Below are positions 33,630 through 45,781 of a stretch of DNA of 64,000 nt, piece after piece (positions within the stretch are counted from its first letter, which is position 1; every line of letters starts with the position of its first letter). Source of the stretch: Amoebophrya sp. A120 (taxonomy: Eukaryota; Protista; Dinoflagellata); assembly GCA_905178155.1 (NCBI GenBank), contig CAJINV010000006.1, positions 4,754,921 through 4,818,920 of the forward strand. Reading direction: 5' to 3'. Both the position numbers and the translations under genes were made by a program. The notes under the pieces are model-generated. The model did not search any database and had not been told where the DNA came from. It saw nothing but the letters and a program-made list of their open reading frames with translations.

Positions 33630-36600
33630 TCAACAGCCGGCATTCGATGAGGACAGTGCTGTGCAGTCACCATCTCTATCCACTGCAAAAATATCGTGCC
33701 CGCAGTAATCCTCGCAATCTTCATGCATGACAGATTTGCAGATGCAGTCCCAATTGCATCTTCTTTACCTAGTTCAAACCCCTGCATGACAAACTTGCTT
33801 CGCATTCCTTCCGGAAGAAGATAGTTTTCATTTTTATGATTGCCAGCCGCTTTCGCTTTGTAATAGTAGGCACGATACTTTTGTTGCACTGTGTAATTTT
33901 CTTCTTCCATGAGCACCTGGGGGTCCGGCAGAACAACTTCGTCTTCGTCGCCCGCCTTCGCTTCGTCGTCGTGCTTACCGCCCAGCCCAGTTGTACTCGC
34001 CGCAGCGTGGTCACCTTGTTGCTCACCTTGGGCCGGCACATGGCCAACCTCTGGTACCCTCTCCTCACTGGCCGGGTCGGGAGTGGGGGTTTGCTCCTGT
34101 CGTGGGGAAGGTGTTTGCGCCGGAGGACCCGGGGAGGTCGGTGCATTGGTCCTCCGACTTCGTTCTTCATCCTTCAAACGGTTCAGCAGCACTCGAAATG
34201 GATCGTCGTTGCCGGGCTCCTCTTGGCGGAAATTGCGCTCCCCACTCGCGTTCGAGATCCATTCAGTCAGCACGTTCAAGTGGTGCTGTTTTCGTATGCA
34301 ATGCAAATGTATCACACAAGGAGCAGCTAAAGTGAGTGTGGGTCTGATTGTGGCAACTTGCCTTTTTCTTATTTTTGTTTTGACAAACTGAAAGTGAAAG
34401 ACAAAGAGAAACCTTGCTAGGAAGAAACTAAGTAGAAGCGAAATACTGAACTTGCAATGCTGACTCGGTAAAGAAATGAGAAGCGCCAGGCATTGAGGTG
34501 TTTGATGAAGGAGATAAAGATTTGTCATGCAGTAATATCAAAACTGCATCTGCAACGTCCATCAATTTGCCAATAACTAAAAGTGCGATACTTTTGTACT
34601 GGATATCAGTGCTTTCGACCCAGTTCTCCCATATCTGCGACACGCAAGGCTTGTTGCAGTCGAACGCGCCGGTGGTGTCGTATCAAACGGAGGCAATCCC
34701 GAGTCCGAGATACATCAGGGGGATTTGCATGACGCCATACCACTATGCGTTCCAAAAATGCGCCTGGGTCTGGCTGGAGGGACGATGCAAACTTGCGTGT
34801 CATGCGGATTCTGCTTCTTGTGGAATAGCGACATTTCTGTGCTGCATAGTCAGCAGATGTTGACGCACGATTTTTATGCGCAGGAGCGGGTATCTCTTAT
34901 GCAGACTACGCATACAAAAGAATTGCGCAAAATGTTTCTTGCAAGCCGCGTCGGCTTTCTTCCAGACTCAGATTATAATACGTAATTTGCACTTGATATC
35001 CAAGAAAAGAAAGACAGCGGGGACATGTTGCACAACATTCCGAGGAAGACCGCCGCCAGCACGTACATGACCGTGATCGGCATTGCCATCGCGCGCAAAT
35101 CGCTGCACCACCGGGGAAAATCGCTTCGCGCCACAGGTACTTGTCCCTCAGCTCCCGCCTCAGCTCCGTCCACCCCTGCGAGAAAACGGCCATGCCCAGC
35201 AATATCCATTTTCGCATCGCACGAACTGCAGCCGTTGTCCAGAACTCGGCTCCGCCCCGCGCGGGTGGCTCGTCGAATGGATCGGCGGGGCGAGCGAATA
35301 GCCTCCGCAATGGATCGTCGATCCCCTGAAGCACGAACTGTATCAACGCCAGCGACATATAAAAACAGTTCGTGCTCCCGGGGTCGACGTCGGCAATCCG
35401 GCTTTCGGCGTCGTGGTCTCGTCGTCCGGCGAAGGCCCCGGGCACCATGCAGTACGGCGACCCGGGAACGACCAACACTCCGCAGGTCGGGTCGCCGTAC
35501 TCTTGCGCCGGTGCCCAAAACGAGCGGCACGCCGCGTCCGTGAACCACCGCGACAGCAGTTGGATGCGGTGGCTCACGTAGTCCCGCATGTAACAAGAGT
35601 TGCTCGTCCCTGGGCATTATGCATTGCAAACAGGTCTGGGTCTGGAAGTCGTACCACTTCGTGCTACGCAAATTGGGAAATCCTGTTCATGCAGGGTAGG
35701 TATCAGAAGGCCTGCGCAAAAGCTGTAACACCTTGGCGTGCATTCCAGACAATTTGCATAAAAAGTAATCTAAAATCAGATGCATGAGAAACAAGACACT
35801 CTTCCAGATCCAGACATATTTGCATTTGATAGCCTACTGTGCCAGACTTTGACGCTCCCGAGGTAGGTGCTTCCCATGTCCCGAGACCACCCGGCCCGCG
35901 AAGCGACAAACAGGGATCCGCCACCACGGGTGCGGTCGCCGTCGAAGTGGATGTCAATGAGCCCCTGCCCCGCAATGCGGAACATGAGGCTGACGTGCAG
36001 CCCGATGCCCCAGACGGATAAATCTCCTAAACAATAGAGATTTAGCAAGATTTCCATCTCACCCTCCTCCATGGTGGAAAAATCGTTGATCGTGGCCAGC
36101 CGGTGAGCCCAACCCGCCTGTCTTTCATGGTACGACTTGTACTGCTGCAGAATCGCCATCACGAGCAAAAACCACAAGCCTGGCAGAAGCAGCACGTGCG
36201 GGCGGCTCCCAGCATGGATGTCATGCTCCAGCTGCGTGATTATCCTAAGAAAACTCTTCACCATAGGAACCACTTACATCAATTTCAATTTTCTTTTGCA
36301 TCAAGTTTGATATGCGTCTTATGCACACGACGCGTCCTCACGGTCAACAACGTCAACAGAAAATATCAGGTGCAAGTGTGCTGTGCTGGTGCAGGATCCA
36401 GCTGGTGCTACTTCCCTGCGTCTTCAGCACATCATGCACGTGCTGCGTCATCATGTATTGAAAATTGAGGGCGGTGCTTGTGGTGGAGGTTTCGTTACTT
36501 GACATAGCGACGCGCTCCAGTAATTCTTCGACTGTTGTGGTGTTAAAGGTGCTGCTTTTCGCTGACGGAGATTTTCCCGCGCGTTGTGGAACAAGATCTG

Positions 36601-36841
36601 GGCTTGTGGTTCCGGGGTCGTCACTCGGGCTGCACTGCATGTTGTAAATTTGTTCTTCAAGAAGCAGGAGTCCACTAAGCGGCCCGCTTCCACTTTCTGT
36701 AGCCCTAGCGCACATGCTGTCTCCAAGTTTCATCCCCGACGCCGGATCCATTGCCGGTGGTCCTTCCACCGCACCATCTGCTGACAGTGCAGTGTCAGAT
36801 GACGCCACGAGCAAACACAGGAAGGAGAAATGACGCCGCAT
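33630..36841 (-). CDS. Putative secreted protein with a possible OTU-like cysteine protease region; one apparent frameshift
   Basis: Signal-like start MRRHFSFLCLLVASSDTALS. The +5 rule joins frames across 35618-35831, 34681-34998 and 34295-34605. STNCFYMSLA and QHHLNVL loosely resemble OTU Cys and His boxes. The intron near 36275-36465 is unresolved. Confidence 0.45.
33677..33895. mobile_element. Introner, family A-like, decayed
   Basis: TATccactgcAAAAatatcgtgcc...ggcacgatacttt; repeats ATCTC/ATTTT. Confidence 0.65.
34295..34605. mobile_element. Introner, decayed
   Basis: TATgcaatgcAAA...TTTgtactggATA; repeat lost but the +5 rule keeps frame. Confidence 0.65.
34681..34998. mobile_element. 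Introner, family C, decayed
   Basis: ttccagactcaga...TTTgcacttgATA; repeat lost. Confidence 0.62.
35618..35831. mobile_element. Introner, family C
   Basis: Family C TIRs; repeats GGCAT/GCCTA; restores HSRPGTSNSCYMRDY. Confidence 0.8.
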
Positions 36842-37779
36842 CTTTATTTCATTTCTCCGATACTTCTGAATCTGAATCTGATTCTGATTGAAAAAAATAA
36901 AACTTATCCCGGGTTCGTTTCCCGTTGGGAAAACTGCTTGGGGGAAACCGTTGGGTAATAGTCTCAATCTTCTTTATCTTTTTCTTTTCCCGAAAGAGTT
37001 CGAAGTCTCTTGCTTCAAAAAACTTCTGCCCCCTGCTTTTGTTGTGTATTAGACTGACAAATGCTTGTACAAAAATTCACACACAACCACCTGAGGCGCA
37101 TTTCAGGTGTAACACGAAAAGTAGACAAGACAAGTCTTTGTACGTACAATAGACCTGGCACTGGCAGACGAAACGTTCACGATTGGCCCTCGCGCCAGTG
37201 TGCCGAAGATGTACATCATGACTTTTTATCCGACTTCGCTCACGATTGATCATGATTTTTTCGACATGACGGTAAGAGTAACGACGTAATGTTCACCTCG
37301 ATATCATTGGACGAGTTTCACGACCACGAGCACATCGTATTGACGAAGATAGGATGGGCAACTGATCGTGGTACTGACGGTGACGCAAGGGTAGTACCGA
37401 GGCAAAGCCAGATCTCATCAGAGAGAGGAAAGCGACCACGTTTGCGACGGAAGCCCCTGCCTCAACAGACGACGACGTTGAATAAGAAGCTCGTGAGCCT
37501 TCTGAGTTTGATGGCTGCTGTAGTACTAGTAAGTTTAGTTTCATGTTGCGGTGCTTGCCTAGGGAAGCGTCATATCAACGTCGACGCAGCTGCTACATCT
37601 TCACGGGCACAACCACTGCAGCTGCCACAGCACACAGACACGACAGCGTCAATCTGAACTAGACTCAACATCTATGTCCGAGGCCCAACGGTAACGGCTT
37701 TTCGCGTCGAACGAACACAGACTGATGGCGTACACTGACTCGTAAGGCGGTGCATTTGCTGCAGTTCCACTACTTGATT

Positions 37780-40330
37780 GCATATGCTTCATAATAACAA
37801 AGGCGGGCCCGCGCGCGCTCCCCCCCTGCGCGGACGCGACCGGCCGGTCCGGCGACACTGACAGACCCCTCCATACGTGCCAGCACGCAGGCAGCCAGCC
37901 TGCCACACAGACACACATAGCGACGACACGATGAAGACCGCGCCACAAAACAATGACGGACGGAACAGCCCGGGAGGGGCGGGGCCAGCGCGCCTGCAAA
38001 CGGGGCCAACACAACGAACATCGCAAGCGCCACCAGGCGCTCGGCCGCCGGGCTTGCTTGGGGCGGGCGGGGAGTGCGGCAGGGACACACAACACACCCC
38101 GGGGCGCATTGTGCTAGAGGGCAACACCGCGACCGGGCCCCAGAGAGCCAGCCTGCCTCCCTCGGGGGGGGCGGCGGCTCCTCCCCCAAGGGCAAGGCGC
38201 CGCGCGGCGCCGCCATCGGCGCGGCGACACGAAAACGGTCCCGCCCGCCAGGCGCGCGCCGGCGAAGGCGGGGCGGCGACAGGCAGAGAGGCCAAGGAAA
38301 ACCGCGGCGCCATCCTGGACGGTATTCCGCTTTCCCCCAGGCGCTCCAGGCGCTCCGCCATTATTAGAGCACGGGCCACCCTGTTTCTTGGCTTCCGGAG
38401 GAAACAGTGGGCGCTCGCTCTCCCTCGACGATCGGCACCTGGATAGGCGCCCGCCGAAGACGCCACGGAGGGCGATGCGCACGAGCTGCCAGGGCGTCGC
38501 CGGAGCCGGAGCCCCCAGCGCGTAGCCGGATTTGGAGGCGCCGCGGCCCCCGATGTCGTTCATGCGCAAGCCCTCGAAGCTGCTCGCTTTTTTTTGGCAG
38601 CTGGCGGCCCGGCCGGCGGGGACGGGGGTAGGCATGATGATAAAAGCGCCATATTCAACCGGCCTCAAAGATGGCGGACCTATCTAACCAAAGCGTAACT
38701 AGAAGAAGGAGTTGTAGGCATAGTAAGTTACGTTTCCACTCTTGCTCGCCGTTAGCTGAGCAGACGGGCTCGTCGCTCTCTTAAAATTCTTGTCCTCCCT
38801 CATCACTAGCAAAAGTCTGATGCTCTCATCTTCAGGGGCTCGCGTTGTGGAAGACAAATCGGAATCGCATGTGGAAAGTATAAGCACTCACGCTACCAAA
38901 TAGACCGCCGGGATAGAGACAGACTCTTACTATACTCAAACTCACACGGACACGGTCACAAACATACGCCTTTTCGGACACACGACAACCAACTTTGCAG
39001 CCGGTTTGTGCATACAAACTGACTTTTCAGCAGGCGTGAGCCTTGCGCGATTGATCAAATTCCAGCCACGCGCTCCTTTCAGCATCTGAGGAACGACCCG
39101 GGCCACGGCCCAGTCGGGAGCAAGACCACCCAATCCAGGGCCGATCTGTCGAACGATGCCCCGCGGCGTGGTGTCTGGACTAGCCGGCGCGCCACGCGCG
39201 GCAGGGATGGGAGAGACCAATGGCCACAGGACAGAAGCAACGGCCCCGCCCGACGACCAACGTGGCGGTGGCCGGCCCGCGTGCCGGCCTTTAAAAACCG
39301 CGCAGCCCGCCGGAGGGGGGCGGGCGTTGCGAACAAAACAATGGGCGGCAATCGGCCGCCATGCATTGCCCGCATCCCATCCATTACAACACGCGGCGCC
39401 CGGGCCGCCGGGAGGGTTGGCATCCGAATGGGCCCGCACGCTACGGCGCGCTGCCTATCTAACCATCGCGCCCCCGTCGGCCCCCCACCACACGCCACCC
39501 AACCGCTGGGCACTCCCACCCTTCTGAGGGGAGCTCTGCGCGCAGGCTAAACTGCTGGAACTTCATCAGGGCCCGCCCATCCTCCGCCTCATATAAACAT
39601 CAAGGCGAGACATGGTAGGCAACGTGTTGCGTAGTGGCCTCGCACAGGTCGGGCAGGAGACCGCCGCGCACGGCGTCAGGCCCTGCGAGCTCGAAGTCCG
39701 GGCCCGCCGCCAAAAAGGGCACACCTTTTCGGCACAGGAAAGCGATATGCTTCACCCACTGGCCGCCTCCATTGTATCCCAGGCGCCCCCTGGCAGGTAT
39801 CATCCCAGGCAACGGGCCCCGCATCAAAAGGCTGCAAACCGCGCGCGAGGCATGGCGCGCGTACCGGTCGCGCGCAAGCATAAATAGCGCCACCACCGGT
39901 CGGAAGAAGACACTAGACCGACCACCATCGGCGCACGTCAACCGGAAGCAATATTTTGCCGACGCGATGCGCTTCTTCATCAAGCGAACCGTCCGTGCCT
40001 GTGACCGGCAGGCGACACTGCTGCGGAAACGGTGGGCATGACGATGAAGACAACTTCATAAAAAATCTACTTCAAAGAAGATGGCGGACCATCGTAATGT
40101 GGAGTCGTCTCACTCAATAAAAGCGCAGCTCCACCAGCCACGTCTCTCTCGCAGAGCGGTAGCTGAGGCGCTTGCTGCTCTCCAAACCCTCGTCCTAGTG
40201 CCGCTCATGATCAATAGCAAAAACCTGGTGCGCTCTAGAAGAGTTCCTTCTCTGGAAGACCAATCCTGCTATACGCGCATGGAAAGCTCGCCTAACCAAG
40301 AGGACATGGAGAAATGGTCCGGTATAGCGG
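37780..40330. repeat. Two diverged tandem GC-rich repeat units with a shared ~220-bp tail
   Basis: aagatggcggacc...tagcaaaa..ctg.tgc..tc...tggaagac.aatc at about 38665-38880 and 40076-40290; start resembles 31626-31740. Confidence 0.5.
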
Positions 40331-40899
40331 ACGACACATTTTGGGCCACGTGAAGACCTCCATTCTCCTTTCGCAATAGCGATACTATCTACTTTTCCGA
40401 TAAAGTGTACAGAAGAAACTCTTTGTTAAGTACATTCTCAATAGTTTTTGCTGAAGTTTCACGGAAATAAGATACAGGCTCGCCGTCAACGCCAATTCTC
40501 TTCTTGTCGTTTTTTTGCAAGGTCAAATCTAGTACTGATATAACAGTTTTTAATTTTGGTATACGGACGATAATAAATTCAAGAAATGTTGTTCTAGTTG
40601 GTAGAAAGTCGTTTACGTGTGAAAGTTTGGCTCGTTCATATATGATGTAAAGTGATACAGCTTCAATGGATAAACTCAAAATTGAATAATTCGAAAGTCA
40701 ACCCTGGCAGGTTCAATCGTACAGGGAAAGCAGGAGACAGATTTCCAAACAAATTTAATCATCGTCATATTTGTGTACATCAAAAACGGAGAGAAATAAA
40801 GCTAAAGTCGAATCTCAGTAAAGAAAAACAGCTGCTAGTGTGAGAAATGTATATCTTTTTTCGAAAAAAGATACTGCTACTGCATAATCTAGTTGCTCG

Positions 40900-43080
40900 T
40901 GGTCCTCTGGATCAGGCAGGGAAACGATGTGGCTTTTCCCCTTGAAGCAGCTCCTGCTTCATCTTCACTCTTATTTTCCTAGACTCTGCCATGCATTGCA
41001 AAAGTATCGTGATCATCCTAGGAGCTTTTGCAATACAAATTTCAAGTTGCAGCTCAGCATGACAAATGGAATTTGTCGTGTTCTTTTACCTTAAGATGAA
41101 GAAGATAGAAGATCTGTCATGCATAGCCGCAATTAGAATTAGGACGAGCTCGATACTTTTGCAGTTTATATCTGGTGCCGTCTCACAAGTCTCCCGCGAG
41201 CGCGTCCGCCGAGTCAGCGTGGGTCTGATGTTGAGAGATTTTTGCGCAGTTTGTCATGCAAACACGAATACGTAGATCAACATTTCTTTTTCTTCATGCA
41301 GAGTGACGCATTACAAGATCCAACACCAAATAATCATCTTGACTTCTCACCGGAATGAATTTCTTCATCAGGCCGAATTGCTTCTTGTCATCCGATATGC
41401 ATTGCAAATACGTCTGGGCCTGGAATCATGTAAAGTTGTGATGCGCGTTTCAGATCACGTGAAAATCTGTCATGCATAGATTACGAAAGGGAAAGTTGCT
41501 CATGTCTTGTCACCGAGGTGGAAGGAAATTTGTCATGCGGATTTATTGTTGACGGTGAGTGATGCAAAAAATGATGAGAACCTGTGATGCTAGCCCTTGC
41601 ATTCCGGACCCCCTGCGTCATGCCCAAACGACATCACACTCTTTGTCCTCCATGGTACCGAGACAAATTTGCATTCGATATCCAACATCTGCTTGCGGTG
41701 GTATCAATTTGGAAAAAAGCATCCTTCTGCAGCTCTCGCAGTGAGCAGGTGAAGATCGTATGAAAATCACTTCAGCAACAGCAACTTACAGTCGCTTGGA
41801 AAGTACGAAGTAAAGTTGTAGTACAGTAGGAGTGGAGTAGGACCAGCTCCTTTGGCTTTGCATTACAAGTTCCAGAAATTGACCACGTCCGCGTCTCTTA
41901 CAATATGCTGCCATCCACGTCGTGGTTATGAAGACGAGAGTCGCAGAAAGAGCTGCATATTCCAAATCCATATCAAGAACAGGGTGTTCTGCTTCGGTAT
42001 CCAGAATGAAAATCTCATACTGCAGCGACATTTTTCTTTCAATGCTTATTCGAAAAAGATATAAAAAGATCCTGGCACTTTTGTTTTTCTCGCATGACAA
42101 GTTTGGTTTGCTAAGCACATAGGACGTCGGTAAAGAGTTAGTTTGTAATGCAAACAACAGGGCTCGATCGAATACGAATTTTTTTTCTGTAGTGTGTAAG
42201 ACGGGCTTTTTACAATTTCAATTCCAGGCGTCGCCAAAGTACAGGCTTTCTCCTTCGTATCCATCTGCGAGGACATTTTCTGAATTGTGGTGGAGAACCA
42301 GCAGGGCTGGGGCGAATGCACCAACCTGTTGTTCCGAATATATTTTCAAAGTTTTTACTTTTCTACTTTTTTTACGCGCTATATCTTGTCAAACGAAATC
42401 GAAAAAAATGAATCAGCACTCAGCATCGGCCCATGCAGGAAAAAAAAAAAGTTTGTCATGCCAAAAGAGCACAGTTCGTGCGAATCGAACTTCAGAAGCA
42501 GTAAGTATCGGTACTTACCACTGCAGGCACCCACCCGCATGGAGGGGCTTTTTCATGCGAAACACGTCGTAGCGCGTCTGGTACTCGGCCTTGGTGTAGT
42601 AGACCACGACCGGCGGACGGGCAATTTCCACCGGGTCCTCTTTGCTCGCACGGGTGCTAACCGTCTTCGAGGTGTTCTGCTTGCTACCCGTATCCACTGT
42701 AAATACGTCAGGGTCTGCGAGGATGCAAACTTGTCATGCGGACTCTAGACACGGCAAAAATCTGCGTTGTACTATGTGAGATTTTTGTTCTCCGGGAGAG
42801 GAAATCTCTCATGCAGAACACTACGAATGCTGGAGAAACCCTTTGTTTCGATCAATTTGTCATGCTCTGTGTGCATTCCAGACCTGCTAGCTCGCGGATG
42901 CAAAAACCACATGACAAGTGTCTGATTTCCTTCAGACCCAGAAATATTTGCGTTTCATAGGCCATCATCGTGATCATCTTCATGCTCGCCATCCTGTCGC
43001 GGAGTTTGGCAGGTTCTTCCTGTCGTGCGGTGCTAGCAATACAACTTTGTTAGTTGTAGCTGGTGGATCAGGCACTTGAT
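40900..43080 (-). CDS. Hypothetical multi-exon gene (structure only partly resolved)
   Basis: The +5 rule across 42691-42959 gives MMASKQNTSK...PVVVYYTKAEYQTRYDVFRMKKPLH; minus-strand GTAAGT donors near 42518 and 41789; ends uncertain. Confidence 0.35.
40990..41170. mobile_element. Introner, family A (left TAT mutated to CAT)
   Basis: Repeats TCTGC/TCTGG. Confidence 0.8.
41396..41680. mobile_element. Introner, family C
   Basis: Repeats TCCGA/TCCAA. Confidence 0.82.
42691..42959. mobile_element. Introner, family C, decayed
   Basis: Family C-like TIRs; repeat lost; frame restored. Confidence 0.7.
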
Positions 43081-43949
43081 GGCGTCGTGTCTACTACAAC
43101 TTCGGAAAGCGCGAAGCTGTCACGGAGCAAACAGCAGCAACAATGCTGAAGCAAGATCGAAGAGACTACCTAGGACGCAATCTTGTTGTTGGTTTTGTTT
43201 CTTTTCCAAAAAAAGCGGTTGTAGATTCCTACAGAGAGTTTGCTTTTGTTTACAAGGAAGCTCCAAATTTTATCTCGTCGGCGTGGTCGTGATATACTTC
43301 TGCATGGTTGTACTAGAGAGTGCAACAAGAAGACGACCAAAGTGGACGAGCAACGAATCTTCTGGCGTCGACCCCACGAAGCATCGACGACGTTACCACG
43401 AGCAGGTCGAAAACTACGATGCTACGATATTATCACGCTACGTCTTTTTCACTCCTTCGACGAGTTGTACATAGGAAGTAAACAAGTCGATGCTAGTTCC
43501 TATTCGAGCATGAAGACAACGAGTAGAAGCTACCGACGTGGTTCTAAAACGATCATTTACGCCAAAAGTACGGACTTCTACTGCTTCCGACCTCAAAAGT
43601 AGGAATACATAGTGACGATGCGATCTACAACGATTCCTCATTATTCATTTTTCGGCGGCCTTTCGAAGGGACACGGCTCACGAGCTGAAGTAGAAACAAA
43701 TACTTATTTCCGAATCCATTGGCTCTTCACACGATGCGACGACTTTACTTTTCAGGATCCGATTGCGATTTCAAGAATTTGCATCGCACATATATGAGGA
43801 CAGCAAGTAGAAAGTGCATTCTTACATCACGTCTGCGCGCCTCTGAACACACTACTCAGCGCGACTACCACTGGGCTGCGCGCACGGGCTACTTGCAGCC
43901 TGCTTCAGCCGAAAGTTGCCGATCGTGAAATAGTAATACGCCTCCAATT

Positions 43950-45060
43950 ATGGGAGGAATGAAGTTTCCGGGCTTCGATGGGGGCTGTGTGCCTGAAGGA
44001 CAGAACAGGGACGAGGACCTGACCTAGGCTGCACCCGCCCCCTCCATCCTGCCAAAAGGAAACACACCGCGCGCGGCGCCAGGCCATCGATCCTAAAATA
44101 CGAACCCCACCCGCGCGCGACCGGGGCTAAAACATGCTCCCTCGGAATCCAGCAGGGGCACACCACGCCCCACCCCTGTCCGCTCGGGCTTGGGCGCGTC
44201 CGCCGAAAGGAGATGAAAATGACTACAGACAGGGCGCCCATGACTGGGGTGGACAGAACGAACCAACCACCGCCCGGCCCGCGCGCGGGCGCCAACCCTG
44301 GCTGGGTGACTGGTATAATGAAGGGCCTGCCCGGGAGGGAGCATGGCCGGCGGGGCCATTTCATCCCGACACACGCGCGCCCCATACACAAGACGGGGCG
44401 AGCGGGGCCCACACGACGCCGAACACACAGCCCGCCGTGCGCCGCGGCCCTTGCTTTCTATCCCGGCCGGCCGCCCGCGCGGCCGGCCGTGGCCATATAT
44501 TTGGACCCTTGCGCCCAAGCCACGGAAAGGCAGCGGCGCCGTGGGCAGTCCGGCCGCTCCTGCTTGGTCAGATTGAGAATTGCCGCCGGTGGCCACAGCT
44601 TTAGCGCCCCAATCGCCCGTCACACGGTAGGGAAACGCCTGGGCGGTGGGGAAACGCCTCCGCCGGCCGCGCCGCTCGCCCCAAGCTGGCCGGAGCACCG
44701 ACATGAGCACTGCAACGCGGCAGGCGGGCCGCCAACAAGCACGGGCGCCTAGCGAGGCGGCGCGTGGCCGCAAAGAACAGAGCCGCCGGAGAGGGCGCGG
44801 CCACGTTTCGCGCAATCACGCACGACGGCGGGCAGTGCCCCGGAGGTGAACTATATGCCGCCAAACCGCCAAGAATGAACGCTGCCGGCCCTCGCTCAGC
44901 CTCTCTTCGCTCAGCCTCTCTCTTCTCTGAATATGTCTCGTGCAACGTGCTGCCTCGCCTCTCTCCCCTCAGCCTGTTACGGTGCATCCGCACCCACTCG
45001 ACCACACAACAATTCGCGCAATTTTCTACGAACACTTTTCTGCCTCGTCACTTCATTGAT
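43950..45060. repeat. GC-rich TE-like segment, termini not resolved
   Basis: Composition like 37.8-40.0 kb; only Arg/Pro/Gly/Ala-rich shadow ORFs. Confidence 0.35.
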
Positions 45061-45096
45061 AACCGCTGTATATGCTTCTGTGCTGTAGAGATAAAT

Positions 45097-45268
45097 TGAA
45101 CTAGAAACCCTAAAACCCATTAAACCCTGAGAAGCCCGGCCTCGACGGACGCCCATCTTGTCTTTCATAATCCCTACATGCATATTTTTCGAAAACAAAA
45201 AGGAAAAAAAGGAAGGATGAAGAGAAAAATCGAGCGAGGCGAACGAATCTCTCGGCGGCCTATGATGA
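45097..45268. mobile_element. 172-bp insertion with telomere-like junction and 15-bp target duplication
   Basis: GCTGTAGAGATAAAT at 45082-45096 and 45269-45283; aaaccctaaaacccattaaaccct near the left junction. Confidence 0.7.
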
Positions 45269-45781
45269 GCTGTAGAGATAAATAAGAATTTCTCTATATG
45301 GCCATGAGGCTTGATTTGCGATCACGCATGGGCGAGTTTGGTGCTACTTTGGTACTACTTGTTGAGCTTTTTAGTCCAGCAAAACGCAACAGCAAATGTG
45401 CGGAACGCAATATGTCCTCGTCGCAGAAGGGAGAACAAGAGCAATTACCGATGAACAATGCGAATTTGTACGATCCTGGTGCCTGCGGCTACTATATCTT
45501 CACGAGCGCGCCAATTGAGAATGATTCAACATGACCAAATCACGATAAAACCTTCATCGTCGTCATCAACGTGGAGGTCAGAATACAACTTCTGACTCAG
45601 TAGACAACTGTTTTTTGATTTTCTGTTGGTCTTTCGTTTTAGTTGCAGTGGTGGAAAAATGGTTGACATGGAGTTTCTGTTTCATCATGTTCTCAGCTTT
45701 TCCTGCTTGTGCTCGTTTGTTTTTCCGAAGAAAGTACTATAAGTAGGTGGTGATCTTTTGTTCTAGAAAGACGCCATTTCT

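Noticed and set aside
26500-45100. Many Arg/Gly/Pro/Ala-rich ORFs in GC-rich segments; search for an autonomous transposase or RT
   Set aside because: Overlapping ORFs in all frames reflect GC content; I recognised no DDE, RT, tyrosine-recombinase or Rep/helicase motifs.
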